A stretch of DNA of 64,000 bases from a virus (IMGVR_UViG_3300042452_000984:1-64000), one strand, 5' to 3'. Shown: positions 9,922 through 20,034, counted from the stretch's first letter. Notes: generated by a model from the letters alone, not told the origin. Made by a program: numbers and translations.

Positions 9922-12879
9922 ATGGCTATTACTACCCTGCGCCCGCTGCGCCCCCGGCGGGCTATTTTATTGCGCAAAGACGCCCAGCTAGGTTTATTTG
10001 GCGGTGAGACTGAGGTTAAACCGACAGCGGCGGCCAAGCGTCGGGAGCGAATGCTGCAGCCCAAGGCACCGCCTAAGCCACCCAAGCCCAGCACCAGGGC
10101 GACAGCACCCAAAGAGGGTGACACCCGTATCAACCGGGCAGGCAATGAGGAGGTATTGCGGGCAGGGCGGTGGCGATTGGCTAGTAACCCTAAGGTGGTT
10201 GCCAAGGATAGGGGAAGCGCTGCGATCGTCCCGGTGGTGGAGGCGGAAAAGCCTATGCCTGAAATGGACGAGGACGCGATCGGCCCGGCTGTGGAAGAAC
10301 CCATGGTGGAGGCGAAACAAAACGTCAGCGCTGAAGAGGCAATGATGCAGCGCTATGCTGCACCTGATGTCACCTACACCTCAGATGGTCCGACGCAAGG
10401 CTTTCCTGGAGGCTACGACGAATCCTTTGCGCGAAAAACCGTTAGAAGCCTCAAGACGCGACTAGATCTTCTGCGTTCGAGCGAAGCGATCGCAAGGCGG
10501 AATGCCAAATATTCTCCGAAAGCTTATGCTGAAAGCTATGAAAAGCATCAAAGAACCAAGCAAGCATTTTTGTCAAGCTTGACGCCTTTAGATGACAGGC
10601 TAATAGACCTATTGCCGCCAGAAAATACTAAAAGGCAAGTTGAAATAGACAAAAAAATAGTAGAAGAGTGGATGGACTTGAACCCTGTCCGTGTTTCTGC
10701 TGACTACGTTCGAGTGCTAGCTGCAATGACTCCCGAGGAAGTCATAAAAAGGAACATGAGATCTGTTCCAAATCAAACCTTGTCTGACGAGTTTGCCAAG
10801 TATGCCGTAAGAAGCGGGCTGTATTGGACAGACTCCCGAACGGGAGGCAGCTTTCAGCTAGGGCCAGATTTAACTCGAGAACTTAAGCTAGCCGACAGAG
10901 CTAAGCGAATTTTTGGAATCAGTGTGGCGGAAACTCCAGACGACAGGGGGCAGATAAACAAACCTGCCGCCAAACCCAAAAGCCGACGCAAACCAGTAGA
11001 ACCGGAACCCACCGCCGTCCCCGCCGAGGTGATTGACGATGCACCCAAACCTACCAAGCTAGGCGATCGCATCCGAGCGATCGCCAATGACCTGCGTGAC
11101 GAAAATGATGAGCAGAAAAAGATCGCGGCCCGCATCCTAGGCGCAGCGGCCCAGATGGCACAGAACTACGACAACTTAGTGGGTGAAGTTGTGGATATGG
11201 TGGGCGAGGACTTGGGTGAGGACATCAGAAGCCTTAACCCAGACGCCACCCAGGCGGACGTAGAGATGGTAGCCAGAGACGGCGGCAACGAGCCACCCCC
11301 CACCCGACTGGCTGACAAAATGAAGGCGATCGCTAATGACCTGCGCAACGAAACCAACGAGCAGGTTAAGGCAACCGCCCGCATCCTTGACGCTGCCGCC
11401 CAAATCGCTCAGAACTACGACAACCTAGTCGATGAAGTGGCGGAGATGGTTGGCGAAGACCTTGAGGCGGGAGGGGGTGCGATCTCGCCTGCTGTGGAGG
11501 AACCCATGGTGGAGGCGGAGGAATCCCAGAAAGAAAAATTTGAGCGCATATACAGCCTTAGCACAGGCAAAAGGCTTAGAGCCTTAAATGAACTACCAAA
11601 CGATGAATGGCAAGCCTATTCAGAATGGGAAAAAAACAAAGGAAATGAGACCGCTTCTCCGCCAGAACCTCAAGAAAAAAGTGAGCCTGTAGCGGAAGAA
11701 GAAAAAGACGATCTTTTGTCCGATCCCTTCGCCGCCGACATTTCGCTATCTATGGCGCGACAGGCTCATGCAGGCACCTCTTTTGATCCAGACAAGCGCG
11801 GAGAAGATGAGGTCCGCGATTATGTGCAGCATTTACGCGCTGTCCAGAATAGCTTAAACAATATTGCCGAGACTCCAGAACAGCAAGCACTGGCGGCGGC
11901 GGAGTTTGATCGCTATCGGCAAGGCTACCAACGTCGCTACACCGACAGCCTAGCCCGCCGTGGTCGGATCGTATCTCCGATGATAGTTGGCCCAGCACGG
12001 TTCCCCGTTGACCAGATGGAAAAACGGCGTAGCTCCTACGAGCGATCTATCAATGAACTACTGGAATGGAGCGATCGCGCCCAAAACGCAGCCAAGAAGG
12101 CAGTCCTTGCCGCCGCCCCTGGCGGTGACCCGACCGCGCCAATATCCAGCGATGACCCTGACGCTATAAAAAAATTGCAGGCTCAGATTGATGCTGCTGA
12201 AAAGCGACAGGCGGCAATGAAGGCTGGCAATAAGATCGTGGTCGATAAGACTCTGACCGATGGTCAGAAACTTGCCAAGTTGATCGAGCTAGGCATTGAA
12301 AAATCTGATGCAGAATATGCACTTAGACGAGATGGTACTGACTCTCGCCCATACGGGTTCCAACGCTTTCAATTCTCTAATAACAGCGCCAACATTCGCC
12401 GGATGAAGCAGCGGATCGTCACATTAGAAAAAAAGCGTAGTCAATCAACTCGTTCCATCACTGTTGGCGACATCAAAATCACTGACGATGTAGAGGCAAA
12501 TCGTTTGCGGTTAGTATTCCCTGGTAAACCGTCAAGCGAGGTACGCGACAAGCTAAAGCGATCCGGCTTTAGGTGGTCTCCGAAAGAAGGCGCATGGCAA
12601 CGGATGAGAAGCAATGACGCTATTTATGCCGCAGAGCAAGCACTAGGGATCAAGCTCACCAAATCCTTGCCCCCTGGCCCCGTCTTCACCCTAATGGGCG
12701 CGCCCTATATCTTCGACCCTAACCGCGCCGTCCTACGCAAGGCTGGCACCAGTTGGGAGCAATTTGTGGCTGACCTCAGCAAGGAAGCTGATGACGACCC
12801 ATGCTGGAAGGGCTACGAGGCTGTAGGTATGAAAAAGAAACGCGGCAAGATGGTTCCGAATTGCGTCCCCATTAACTAA
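9922..12879 (+). CDS. Polyvalent head-cargo protein with a duplicated helical module, a DUF3560-like region and a C-terminal CWKGY...VPNCV module
   Basis: SPMIVGPARFP, ISSDDPDAIKKL, SNNSANIRR and GFRWSPKEGAWQR resemble polyvalent/anti-restriction proteins of mobile elements. Also carries LRKD, LTKS and LRKA motifs. ATG 9922 is preferred as start. Confidence 0.7.
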   Translation: MAITTLRPLRPRRAILLRKDAQLGLFGGETEVKPTAAAKRRERMLQPKAPPKPPKPSTRATAPKEGDTRINRAGNEEVLRAGRWRLASNPKVVAKDRGSAAIVPVVEAEKPMPEMDEDAIGPAVEEPMVEAKQNVSAEEAMMQRYAAPDVTYTSDGPTQGFPGGYDESFARKTVRSLKTRLDLLRSSEAIARRNAKYSPKAYAESYEKHQRTKQAFLSSLTPLDDRLIDLLPPENTKRQVEIDKKIVEEWMDLNPVRVSADYVRVLAAMTPEEVIKRNMRSVPNQTLSDEFAKYAVRSGLYWTDSRTGGSFQLGPDLTRELKLADRAKRIFGISVAETPDDRGQINKPAAKPKSRRKPVEPEPTAVPAEVIDDAPKPTKLGDRIRAIANDLRDENDEQKKIAARILGAAAQMAQNYDNLVGEVVDMVGEDLGEDIRSLNPDATQADVEMVARDGGNEPPPTRLADKMKAIANDLRNETNEQVKATARILDAAAQIAQNYDNLVDEVAEMVGEDLEAGGGAISPAVEEPMVEAEESQKEKFERIYSLSTGKRLRALNELPNDEWQAYSEWEKNKGNETASPPEPQEKSEPVAEEEKDDLLSDPFAADISLSMARQAHAGTSFDPDKRGEDEVRDYVQHLRAVQNSLNNIAETPEQQALAAAEFDRYRQGYQRRYTDSLARRGRIVSPMIVGPARFPVDQMEKRRSSYERSINELLEWSDRAQNAAKKAVLAAAPGGDPTAPISSDDPDAIKKLQAQIDAAEKRQAAMKAGNKIVVDKTLTDGQKLAKLIELGIEKSDAEYALRRDGTDSRPYGFQRFQFSNNSANIRRMKQRIVTLEKKRSQSTRSITVGDIKITDDVEANRLRLVFPGKPSSEVRDKLKRSGFRWSPKEGAWQRMRSNDAIYAAEQALGIKLTKSLPPGPVFTLMGAPYIFDPNRAVLRKAGTSWEQFVADLSKEADDDPCWKGYEAVGMKKKRGKMVPNCVPIN

Positions 12880-12888
12880 CACTCCACC

Positions 12889-14541
12889 ATGAAAACTTTT
12901 ACCCTTGCAGGCGATCGCTACACCGCGATCGCGTCCCCCCGTGGCATCGTCTTTCGCAAAGCGGCGGACTTTGACACCCGGCTACCGATGGATGCTGAAC
13001 AGCGGGGCAGCATTGGCGCCGACCTGAATGCCTTGCTGTGTTCGCTAATAGACCTACGCCTATCGCTGCAACTAGCCCACTGGAATGTGAAGGGCATTAA
13101 TTTCCAGCAATTGCATGAACTTTTCGATAAGTTGCAAAAAAGCCTATTGCCCCACATTGACCTGGTGGCTGAGAATGTAGCCACCCTGGGGATGGTGGTG
13201 GTAGGCACTGCGGACGATATCGGCGATCGCACCATCCTGATGCCCTACAGCAATGGCAGCGACCAGTACGCCATCCTAGACGAACTAGCGGACCGCTACG
13301 CTTACCTAATCCGCCACATGATGGACTTGGTTGAGGAGCTACTGGCTGATGGCATCCAGGGGATTGCTGACGTACTGATAGGCATCCACATGGACATGGA
13401 ACGCAACGGCCTTTATTTTCTAGAATCCCATATCCCTAGCGCTAACCTACAGAAGGCAGCCAGGCGATCCATGCTGGAGGAGGGCGCTACCAAGGAACAC
13501 AACGGCGTCACCTACCGGCTCAATAAAAACCGTCGCTGGGAACGGAGCGATCGAGGCAGTAAGCCAGCCAGGAGCAGAAAGCCAAAGCCTCCCGGTGGTG
13601 TAGTGCCCGTCATCGCTATGGATGGCGCTAAAGCAAAAGGTAAGCCGAAAGCAATGCGCTTTGACAGCCGTCCCCCGGGCGGCGCCCAGGCGATGCAGCA
13701 GGGCAAGTTAAACGCTAAGGCACAGCGGGCGGCGGCCAAGGTAACGCCCAAAGCATCCCCCGCGAGTAAGCCTGCTAAGGCGAAAGCGGCCCCGGCGGAT
13801 AAGGTAAAGCCGAAGACGAAAAGAGCTGAGGTAAAGCCGAAGGCAGAGAAAGCCCAGCCAAAGGCAAAAGCGATCGCGTCCTATGGTGAGTTCAAAAACG
13901 AAGTTGCTAGGATCTACGACAAGCTCAACACTGAAGAAAACCTAGGCAACATGGTGCCTATCTATCGCATTCGCCGCGAGCTAGGCGATCGCGTCTCCCG
14001 TGCGCAATTCAGAGAATGGTTGCTTGACGTGCAAGCGGAGGACAAGATCCAAATGATGGGCGGTGTTACGGAGGGCTCAACCGACGATCAACGAGCCGAT
14101 GGCATTATGATGCCGGGCGGCAGAATTAGGTTTTACGTCAAAAAGCTAAAGGACTTTGACGGCAACGACGAGGCAGATTCATCTAACGCTCGCCAGCAGC
14201 CTAAGCCATCAACGCCGTTGCAACCTAAGGCGAAAACAACGCCCATCAAGTCCTACGACGACTTTAAGAGCGAAGTAGCCAGCACCTATGACAGGCTGAA
14301 CAAGGACTACAACCTAGGCGGTTTAGTTCCTATCCACCGCATCCGCCGCGAGCTAGGCAACCGTGTCTCACGCAAGCAGTTTGATAACTGGTTGATCGAT
14401 GTCCAGGTCGACGATCATGTGCAGCTGATGGGCGGCGCCTTGCCCAACGCTACCCAGGCAGACAAAGATGATGCCCTGCAGATAATGGGAAATCTCCGCT
14501 TCTACGTCAAAAAGTTGAGAGACTTTGGCGGTAAGCCTTAA
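12889..14541 (+). CDS. Dps/ferritin-like domain fused to a cargo leader, a basic linker and two repeated putative DNA-binding domains
   Basis: Dps signature AHWNVKGINFQQLHELFD...IDLVAE; two ~90-aa repeats containing VPI[YH]RIRRELG.RVSR.QF..WL. Confidence 0.8.
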   Translation: MKTFTLAGDRYTAIASPRGIVFRKAADFDTRLPMDAEQRGSIGADLNALLCSLIDLRLSLQLAHWNVKGINFQQLHELFDKLQKSLLPHIDLVAENVATLGMVVVGTADDIGDRTILMPYSNGSDQYAILDELADRYAYLIRHMMDLVEELLADGIQGIADVLIGIHMDMERNGLYFLESHIPSANLQKAARRSMLEEGATKEHNGVTYRLNKNRRWERSDRGSKPARSRKPKPPGGVVPVIAMDGAKAKGKPKAMRFDSRPPGGAQAMQQGKLNAKAQRAAAKVTPKASPASKPAKAKAAPADKVKPKTKRAEVKPKAEKAQPKAKAIASYGEFKNEVARIYDKLNTEENLGNMVPIYRIRRELGDRVSRAQFREWLLDVQAEDKIQMMGGVTEGSTDDQRADGIMMPGGRIRFYVKKLKDFDGNDEADSSNARQQPKPSTPLQPKAKTTPIKSYDDFKSEVASTYDRLNKDYNLGGLVPIHRIRRELGNRVSRKQFDNWLIDVQVDDHVQLMGGALPNATQADKDDALQIMGNLRFYVKKLRDFGGKP

Positions 14542-14605
14542 CTAACGCTTATTTGCAATAAGTAACCCCAGGCTATACTGAGGCTGTCCTCCTTCTTTAG
14601 GCACC

Positions 14606-15046
14606 ATGGGCACTCAACAGGACCTCTACAAAATGCTGGCGGAAGGCGGCACCCGCCTTAGGGATACCCGACGCATCCACCAGCAGGCGATCGCAGGCAT
14701 CGCCGCTCAGCAACAGCAAACCCTATCCGAGCTATCGCGGCTGCGCGATCGCATCGAGTCAGCCGGTATCGGCAACGACCCGGAGGCGGAGGCGCAATAC
14801 CTGAAATTGCTGGCCACCAAGCGCAAGCTGGAGCAAGTACACCAGATGAACCCGGTGCTCGCCTCCATGCCACCTGTGGCCCTCCAGAAGGCGTTGGACT
14901 ATGGCTTATTTCTATTGCAGGTCTACAGCGGCGGACGGCTTTCTAAGGCATCTGGCGGCGACATAGAGGCCCATATCCTGCGGCTAAAGCGCTACCGTCA
15001 CCCGGCAGCAGTAGCCCAAATCAACGCACTGGAGCAATTACTGTGA
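14606..15046 (+). CDS. Hypothetical helical protein with LQKA and LSKA motifs
   Basis: ORF coupled to the next gene. Confidence 0.6.
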   Translation: MGTQQDLYKMLAEGGTRLRDTRRIHQQAIAGIAAQQQQTLSELSRLRDRIESAGIGNDPEAEAQYLKLLATKRKLEQVHQMNPVLASMPPVALQKALDYGLFLLQVYSGGRLSKASGGDIEAHILRLKRYRHPAAVAQINALEQLL

Positions 15047-15909
15047 ACCACCCGATCCTTGACGATGGGCTATGCACGCCAGACGGGCGATCGCTAGCCT
15101 GGACGGACAATGCCTACCTGCTAACCTGGCCCGGTGAACTGGTCTACGGTGAACCCTTGCCGGTGGCAACCGACCAGCCCGAGCAATTTGAAGACCGTAA
15201 GAAAGAGTGGGACTATGACAGCGATCGCGGGCGTCCCCGCCGGCGGGAGAAGCGATCGCCGGTGGATGTACCGGACCAACCGCTGAACCGACTCAGGCGA
15301 CTACTGAGCAATGGCAGGCCGGAGACGGTTGAACCGGGGCCACGCTTTGCACGACCGGACCAAGCCTCTGCCTTTGCCATGCAGCAGGGCCACCTATCGC
15401 GTAGTGCGCTCCTAGACGAGCTAGAATGCCGTGTGCTGCTAGGGGATTGGCCGATGGGTGGTGAGACACCCCTAACCTTCTATGCAGGCGCTCAGACGGT
15501 CCTAGATGCCCTGGCGACCGACTTCTTTAATGAACCGATTATCCCGCCGGTGCTATTGAATGCGATCGGGCCTAGGCGGGCGGGGGAGGTGTTAGCGGGC
15601 TATATGGGTAGCCCCCATGCCCAGGAGATTGTTAGGCGTTGGCGGGATGGCACCTGGCGCACTATCGACCAACGGCTAGACGAAAAGTTGCAGCTGTGCC
15701 AGGAGTCCATGTTCAGTTGGGCGGCGGCGGGGCAAAAGCCTGTCCTATCCCCTGAGGGTGAGCCAGACGCTATCCTTATCCTGGCTAGTGCAGCAACGGC
15801 AACGGTCGCGGTTTATCACCTAGCCAACCTGGGGCAAGCGTTGAAGGATTTTCAGAAGAGCGGTAGGGATGCGATCGCGGGGGTGTTAGATGGGTTGGCT
15901 GGCGATTAA
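15043..15909 (+). CDS. Hypothetical phage protein
   Basis: 288-aa ORF with codon style matching its neighbours. Confidence 0.65.
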   Translation: MNHPILDDGLCTPDGRSLAWTDNAYLLTWPGELVYGEPLPVATDQPEQFEDRKKEWDYDSDRGRPRRREKRSPVDVPDQPLNRLRRLLSNGRPETVEPGPRFARPDQASAFAMQQGHLSRSALLDELECRVLLGDWPMGGETPLTFYAGAQTVLDALATDFFNEPIIPPVLLNAIGPRRAGEVLAGYMGSPHAQEIVRRWRDGTWRTIDQRLDEKLQLCQESMFSWAAAGQKPVLSPEGEPDAILILASAATATVAVYHLANLGQALKDFQKSGRDAIAGVLDGLAGD

Positions 15910-16009
15910 TTAAAACAGGAACGTAATTCCGCCGTCACAGCGCTTATATGCTTTAAGCAATGTGCGCTAACATAAGTCTGTATGAACTCATGTTGAGATA
16001 GGCGGGCGC

Positions 16010-17485
16010 ATGGTTACTACGAGTTTTGAAATACGTCCTGAAACAAGGTTTGATGAGCAAGTCATTAAACCATCAGTGATTGGCGACCTTGAGAATTTTT
16101 CGGCGGCGATTCTGGAGCGGCAATCACAGGAAAAGGAGCTATTTAAGCCTGGGCTTCATGTGTGTTCATCTTGCGCTGCTGCTGTGTTGGCAAAAATGGG
16201 GGATTCAGAGGCTTGGCGGTTTAGAGACCGATCTGTATTAGAACAGTGTGATAGAGAGGGGCACAGCGATCGGGTCGAAGGTGGGCAAGCGATCTTGCAC
16301 AAAAATCGCCTAATCAGCGACGGCAGAGTTCACCCTAAAATTGCCACCCGGTTTGTTGCTTGCTCAGACAAACACTTGAAAGCGCCTGATGGTCGCCGGG
16401 CAAGCTACCGCCACTTGCCCGGTCACGGTGAAAACTGCAGGGCAGACACCGAACACGAAAGAATAACCGATCGATTGAGATCCGTTTTCACCAACGAGCT
16501 AAAAGCGCTTTACCCTGACTGTAATATCACCGACCAGCTAAACCTAAAAGCCTCAGACGACCTCAACCAGCGACCGGATATTAAATTCACCATCAAGGGG
16601 GATACCCCGTCAGGGCCGGTCGATTTCGCGATCGCCGTCGAAGTGCAGCAGTCTAAAATCGCCTTTGATGCCTGGGAAAATCGCAACCAAGGGCTATTGA
16701 CTGTTGCTACCCCTGTAGTGTGGGTCTTCAAGCAAAGCAGGTCTGGGGGCTCATTCAAGCCTATTCTAACTTCTATGGTGGAGGGCGACTTGCCTGCCTG
16801 GGTTTACCACATTGAAGGTGAGCCCGGCAGTGATGATGGCAACTTGATATTGACGCCCGCAAAAGATGGCTACCCTAATTTTTGGGGTGGGTTCGATACA
16901 CCGAATCAGCCCAAAGAAAATCTAGTCTGCCAAAACGCTTACCATCGGAGACGCAAAGAGATCGCTGAAACCTATCGGGTTGGAGTATCAGGCAGATCCG
17001 AAGTGACTTTGATCGGTGGACTTGCCCAGCTTAGAAGTATTTTGCCAGGGCTAGCTGCGCCCCAATCTGTTCATCCGACACCGGCGGCGCTAGATGCAGC
17101 TCCGGCAGAAACCACAACCCCGACGAGGCATTGGAAAGGTGGGTTGGTGTGGTGGGATTTCAGTGTAGGATCTTATGTTGCGCTTGAGGGAGGACTCTAT
17201 GGAATCCTTGTCCCTAAGCCGCGAGAATGGTGCCTCAGTCAAACATTTCCCAGCCCTGATCCGCTTCTTTATGTGCGATACAAAGGTAGATGCACGTTTC
17301 ACCCCGCTCTTTTCAATAAATCAGAATCGGAGTTGTCTTCAGGCTTTTATCGGCTGAAGAACGGCAAAGTCATTGAAATTCTTACAGAGTGCCATTCTGA
17401 GGCGCAATCAAACGCAGTTACAGCGCATCGGCTCAGTCAGCTTACCTTTTTCGAGAACCCTATAAACGGAATATCTCGGCTTTAA
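16010..17485 (+). CDS. CoiA-like PD-(D/E)XK nuclease domain protein
   Basis: TEHERI...QRPDI...IAVEVQQS...ENRNQ pattern; more AT-rich, with its own upstream AT-rich region. Confidence 0.6.
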   Translation: MVTTSFEIRPETRFDEQVIKPSVIGDLENFSAAILERQSQEKELFKPGLHVCSSCAAAVLAKMGDSEAWRFRDRSVLEQCDREGHSDRVEGGQAILHKNRLISDGRVHPKIATRFVACSDKHLKAPDGRRASYRHLPGHGENCRADTEHERITDRLRSVFTNELKALYPDCNITDQLNLKASDDLNQRPDIKFTIKGDTPSGPVDFAIAVEVQQSKIAFDAWENRNQGLLTVATPVVWVFKQSRSGGSFKPILTSMVEGDLPAWVYHIEGEPGSDDGNLILTPAKDGYPNFWGGFDTPNQPKENLVCQNAYHRRRKEIAETYRVGVSGRSEVTLIGGLAQLRSILPGLAAPQSVHPTPAALDAAPAETTTPTRHWKGGLVWWDFSVGSYVALEGGLYGILVPKPREWCLSQTFPSPDPLLYVRYKGRCTFHPALFNKSESELSSGFYRLKNGKVIEILTECHSEAQSNAVTAHRLSQLTFFENPINGISRL

Positions 17486-18180
17486 CCCGCCTCCCGTCGC
17501 CATCTAGCCTCTAACAATTCCCGATAGCCGATCGCATCAATCAGCACCCGTGGCTCATTCTGTAGGTTCCATTCCGCATCATCTAGCCCGGGGCAACGGT
17601 AGCGGTAGATCGTCTCGCAGGTGATATTCTTCTCCCGCAGGTATAGGTCCTCCGGGTTGGCGGGGTGGGTAAGGTGAATCAGGCGTTTAACGCTCATCGC
17701 CTCACCGGTGGGTTCGCTCAAGGGTAGGGCACCCTCTAGGGGCACCTGAAGCACATTGGCGCCATAGACAACGGTTTGATGGGCGATGATGTCCCCCTGC
17801 ACCGTGGCACGAATAATCCGCAGCCGTACCGATCGCCGTAGTGACTGCAATTCATCAATCAACTCCCGACGCCGATCGCGATCGTCACCCGCCTCCTCCA
17901 TCAATTTGATAAACCGCGCCTGGTAGCCTAGTAGCTTATGGTTGGCCCAGGGCGGCACCGGCAGGCACCGGTCTAAGCGAATGCAACGCTTAGGCGTCTC
18001 TGGCGGTAGCTCCGGTTGTCGTTGACGGCGGTATGTCTGTACCAGACGATCAATAGACTCGTCTAAAATATGGACGGTGGCATCAAGCTCGACGCTAGCG
18101 CCCTGGCCCGCTTTGATGCCTAGCCTATCTAAGGTATTGAAGGCAGACTGTAAATTATCATGGGGGATCGTGATGGCCAT
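17482..18180 (-). CDS. Hypothetical protein; start likely ATG 18180
   Basis: Long ORF; its upstream extension overlaps the opposite-strand gene. Confidence 0.55.
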   Translation of the reverse strand: MAITIPHDNLQSAFNTLDRLGIKAGQGASVELDATVHILDESIDRLVQTYRRQRQPELPPETPKRCIRLDRCLPVPPWANHKLLGYQARFIKLMEEAGDDRDRRRELIDELQSLRRSVRLRIIRATVQGDIIAHQTVVYGANVLQVPLEGALPLSEPTGEAMSVKRLIHLTHPANPEDLYLREKNITCETIYRYRCPGLDDAEWNLQNEPRVLIDAIGYRELLEARWRREAG

Positions 18181-18421
18181 AGTAGACTTTTCCCAGGTGG
18201 CGGCAGCAGCCTTTAGCGATATGCTGATCCTACGCGATCGCGTCCTGCACGAACGCGAAACCTTCCGCAATGAGTCTGCCAACTGGCAAGAGCTAACCAA
18301 GCTCGATGAACCCGCCCTCCAGGACCGGCTGATGCGCTGTGAAATCCTAAACCGCACCGAGGCGTTGATCCGCACCACAGACCTACGCTGTCACCCCCTG
18401 GAGGTGCTGAACTGTGATTAA
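18173..18421 (+). CDS. Hypothetical protein
   Basis: First gene of a coupled run leading to MuF. Confidence 0.5.
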   Translation: MAIVDFSQVAAAAFSDMLILRDRVLHERETFRNESANWQELTKLDEPALQDRLMRCEILNRTEALIRTTDLRCHPLEVLNCD

Positions 18422-18626
18422 TTGGCGTTCCTACCTAGAAGGCGTCCGGGATGCGCTGTGCGCCTTTGATAAGCCTACCGCGTTCGATATTCTGGAACTA
18501 GCGATGCGCTTTAACGAGACCGGCGATCGCGCTGACATTTACCAAGCCTGGCGCTCCATGTTTCCCCATTGGCGACCAACACGGGATATGGAGCGTCAAA
18601 GCTTCCAGCGTTGGGGCGTCGAATAA
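18414..18626 (+). CDS. Small hypothetical protein
   Basis: Coupled to MuF by TAATG. Confidence 0.55.
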   Translation: MINWRSYLEGVRDALCAFDKPTAFDILELAMRFNETGDRADIYQAWRSMFPHWRPTRDMERQSFQRWGVE

Positions 18627-19657
18627 TGTGGTCCCCCCTTGCCCCCGATGACTTCAGCCAGTTTGAACCGACCGATATTATCGCGTTCCTGGATTGGTTT
18701 GAGCGACAGTACGAGGACGCGATCGCGCTTGGCATTGTCGATGGCTATGTGGAGGGGGTAACCGAACCCTATTTGGTGAATATCTCCACCGGCCAACCGA
18801 TACCGGAGTGGGTAGCGACCGTCCTCAAGGTACGAGAGGTGGCCCAGTGGGCGTACCAACAACAGGAACCGATTGCCGCCCGCCTGCGCCGCAACTTGGC
18901 CGCCATCATCCCGGATGACCAGGTGGCAGGCTACGCCGCCCGGTTCAGGGTGACACCGCAGGACATTGCTAACGTCCCCCCGGCGGTGAGGGAAAGCTTT
19001 AACCAGGGCGCTCGCTTTTCATTGGACTGGGTGAAACGCCTATCCGATGACGCCCGGGGCATGATGCGCGATGTGCTGGCGGTGGAGTCGCTAAAGAACC
19101 GTAACCCCGCCGGGGCCGTACCCATCCTTGAAAACCTATTGCGCCGCGATCTAATCGCCCAGGAGCTAGGCGCTGACCCTAGCGCTGTCACCCCGGCCAT
19201 GGTGCAGGAGTGGTTGATTAATACCGAGTCACGGTTGTTAAATGCGATCGCGTCCCGGGCGCAGACCATCTCCCGCACCGAATCTATGCGGATGATGAAC
19301 CTAGGCATCCTGGCCACGCTAGAGGCAAGCGAACAACGGTTGGCCTACGTCATGCCCCACGCGGGCTCCTGCGAGCATTGCCGCCGGTTGATTGACGGTC
19401 GCGTTTTTACAATAGAGGTGCTAAAGCGCAACCTATTTGCTAATTTTGGCGTTCGCCCTGATGCTTGGGTAGCCAGCCTACCTCAGCACCCTAACTGTCG
19501 CCATTCGGCTGGCAAGATACCGGTTAAATTCAGGCGCAAGCTTGTCAACCTGGACATCCCACCAGAGGGGCTGGTGCTGCAATACTACGGCTTGCCTGGC
19601 GGTAAAACATCCATGGATGCCTTGGAACTGCCAGAGGTGGAATGGCTAGAGCCCTAG
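18626..19657 (+). CDS. Phage minor head/morphogenesis protein (MuF / SPP1 gp7-like)
   Basis: RAQTISRTE...N.G, SCEHCRRLIDGRVF and PQHPNCRH. Confidence 0.8.
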   Translation: MWSPLAPDDFSQFEPTDIIAFLDWFERQYEDAIALGIVDGYVEGVTEPYLVNISTGQPIPEWVATVLKVREVAQWAYQQQEPIAARLRRNLAAIIPDDQVAGYAARFRVTPQDIANVPPAVRESFNQGARFSLDWVKRLSDDARGMMRDVLAVESLKNRNPAGAVPILENLLRRDLIAQELGADPSAVTPAMVQEWLINTESRLLNAIASRAQTISRTESMRMMNLGILATLEASEQRLAYVMPHAGSCEHCRRLIDGRVFTIEVLKRNLFANFGVRPDAWVASLPQHPNCRHSAGKIPVKFRRKLVNLDIPPEGLVLQYYGLPGGKTSMDALELPEVEWLEP

Positions 19658-19896
19658 CTAAGTCCCAGGATCGTCAGCCTGTCTTGATCGTAATCCTCTA
19701 ATACTAGAACGCACTCCGCTCCATTGCAGATGAAGTTGAGCGTGATCTGGGTATCTACATGACTCTTTAGCCATCGGGCTGCCACCGCCCCGCAGGCGCC
19801 ATCCACGCCCTTAAAACGCAAGCGATCGCCATCGCTGACAATGTACAGCGCATTTTCTCCGGGAACATACCGAAAACTTTTGAGCGTCATGTGCAT
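19654..19896 (-). CDS. Small hypothetical protein
   Basis: 80-aa ORF with an AGAAGGGG RBS-like sequence upstream on the minus strand. Confidence 0.5.
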   Translation of the reverse strand: MHMTLKSFRYVPGENALYIVSDGDRLRFKGVDGACGAVAARWLKSHVDTQITLNFICNGAECVLVLEDYDQDRLTILGLS

Positions 19897-19941
19897 GGCT
19901 AGCCCCTTCTCCGTGAAATCACTAGATTATTGCATATTTGC

Positions 19942-19970
19942 TTGACCATTGCTTATTTGCAATATACTAT
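19942..19970 (+). promoter_or_regulatory. Sigma70-type promoter flanked and overlapped by GCWTATTTGC boxes
   Basis: TTGACC-17 nt-TACTAT; boxes at 19932 and 19951. Confidence 0.75.
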
Positions 19971-20034
19971 TTGAAATGTGAGCCACGGGGTTCACGACAC
20001 TCAAAAGACCACTCAAAAGACCACGGAGAAGACT

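Noticed and set aside
18181-18378. N-terminal extension of minus-strand ORF 17482-18378
   Set aside because: It is antisense to the plus-strand gene and has a shadow-like composition
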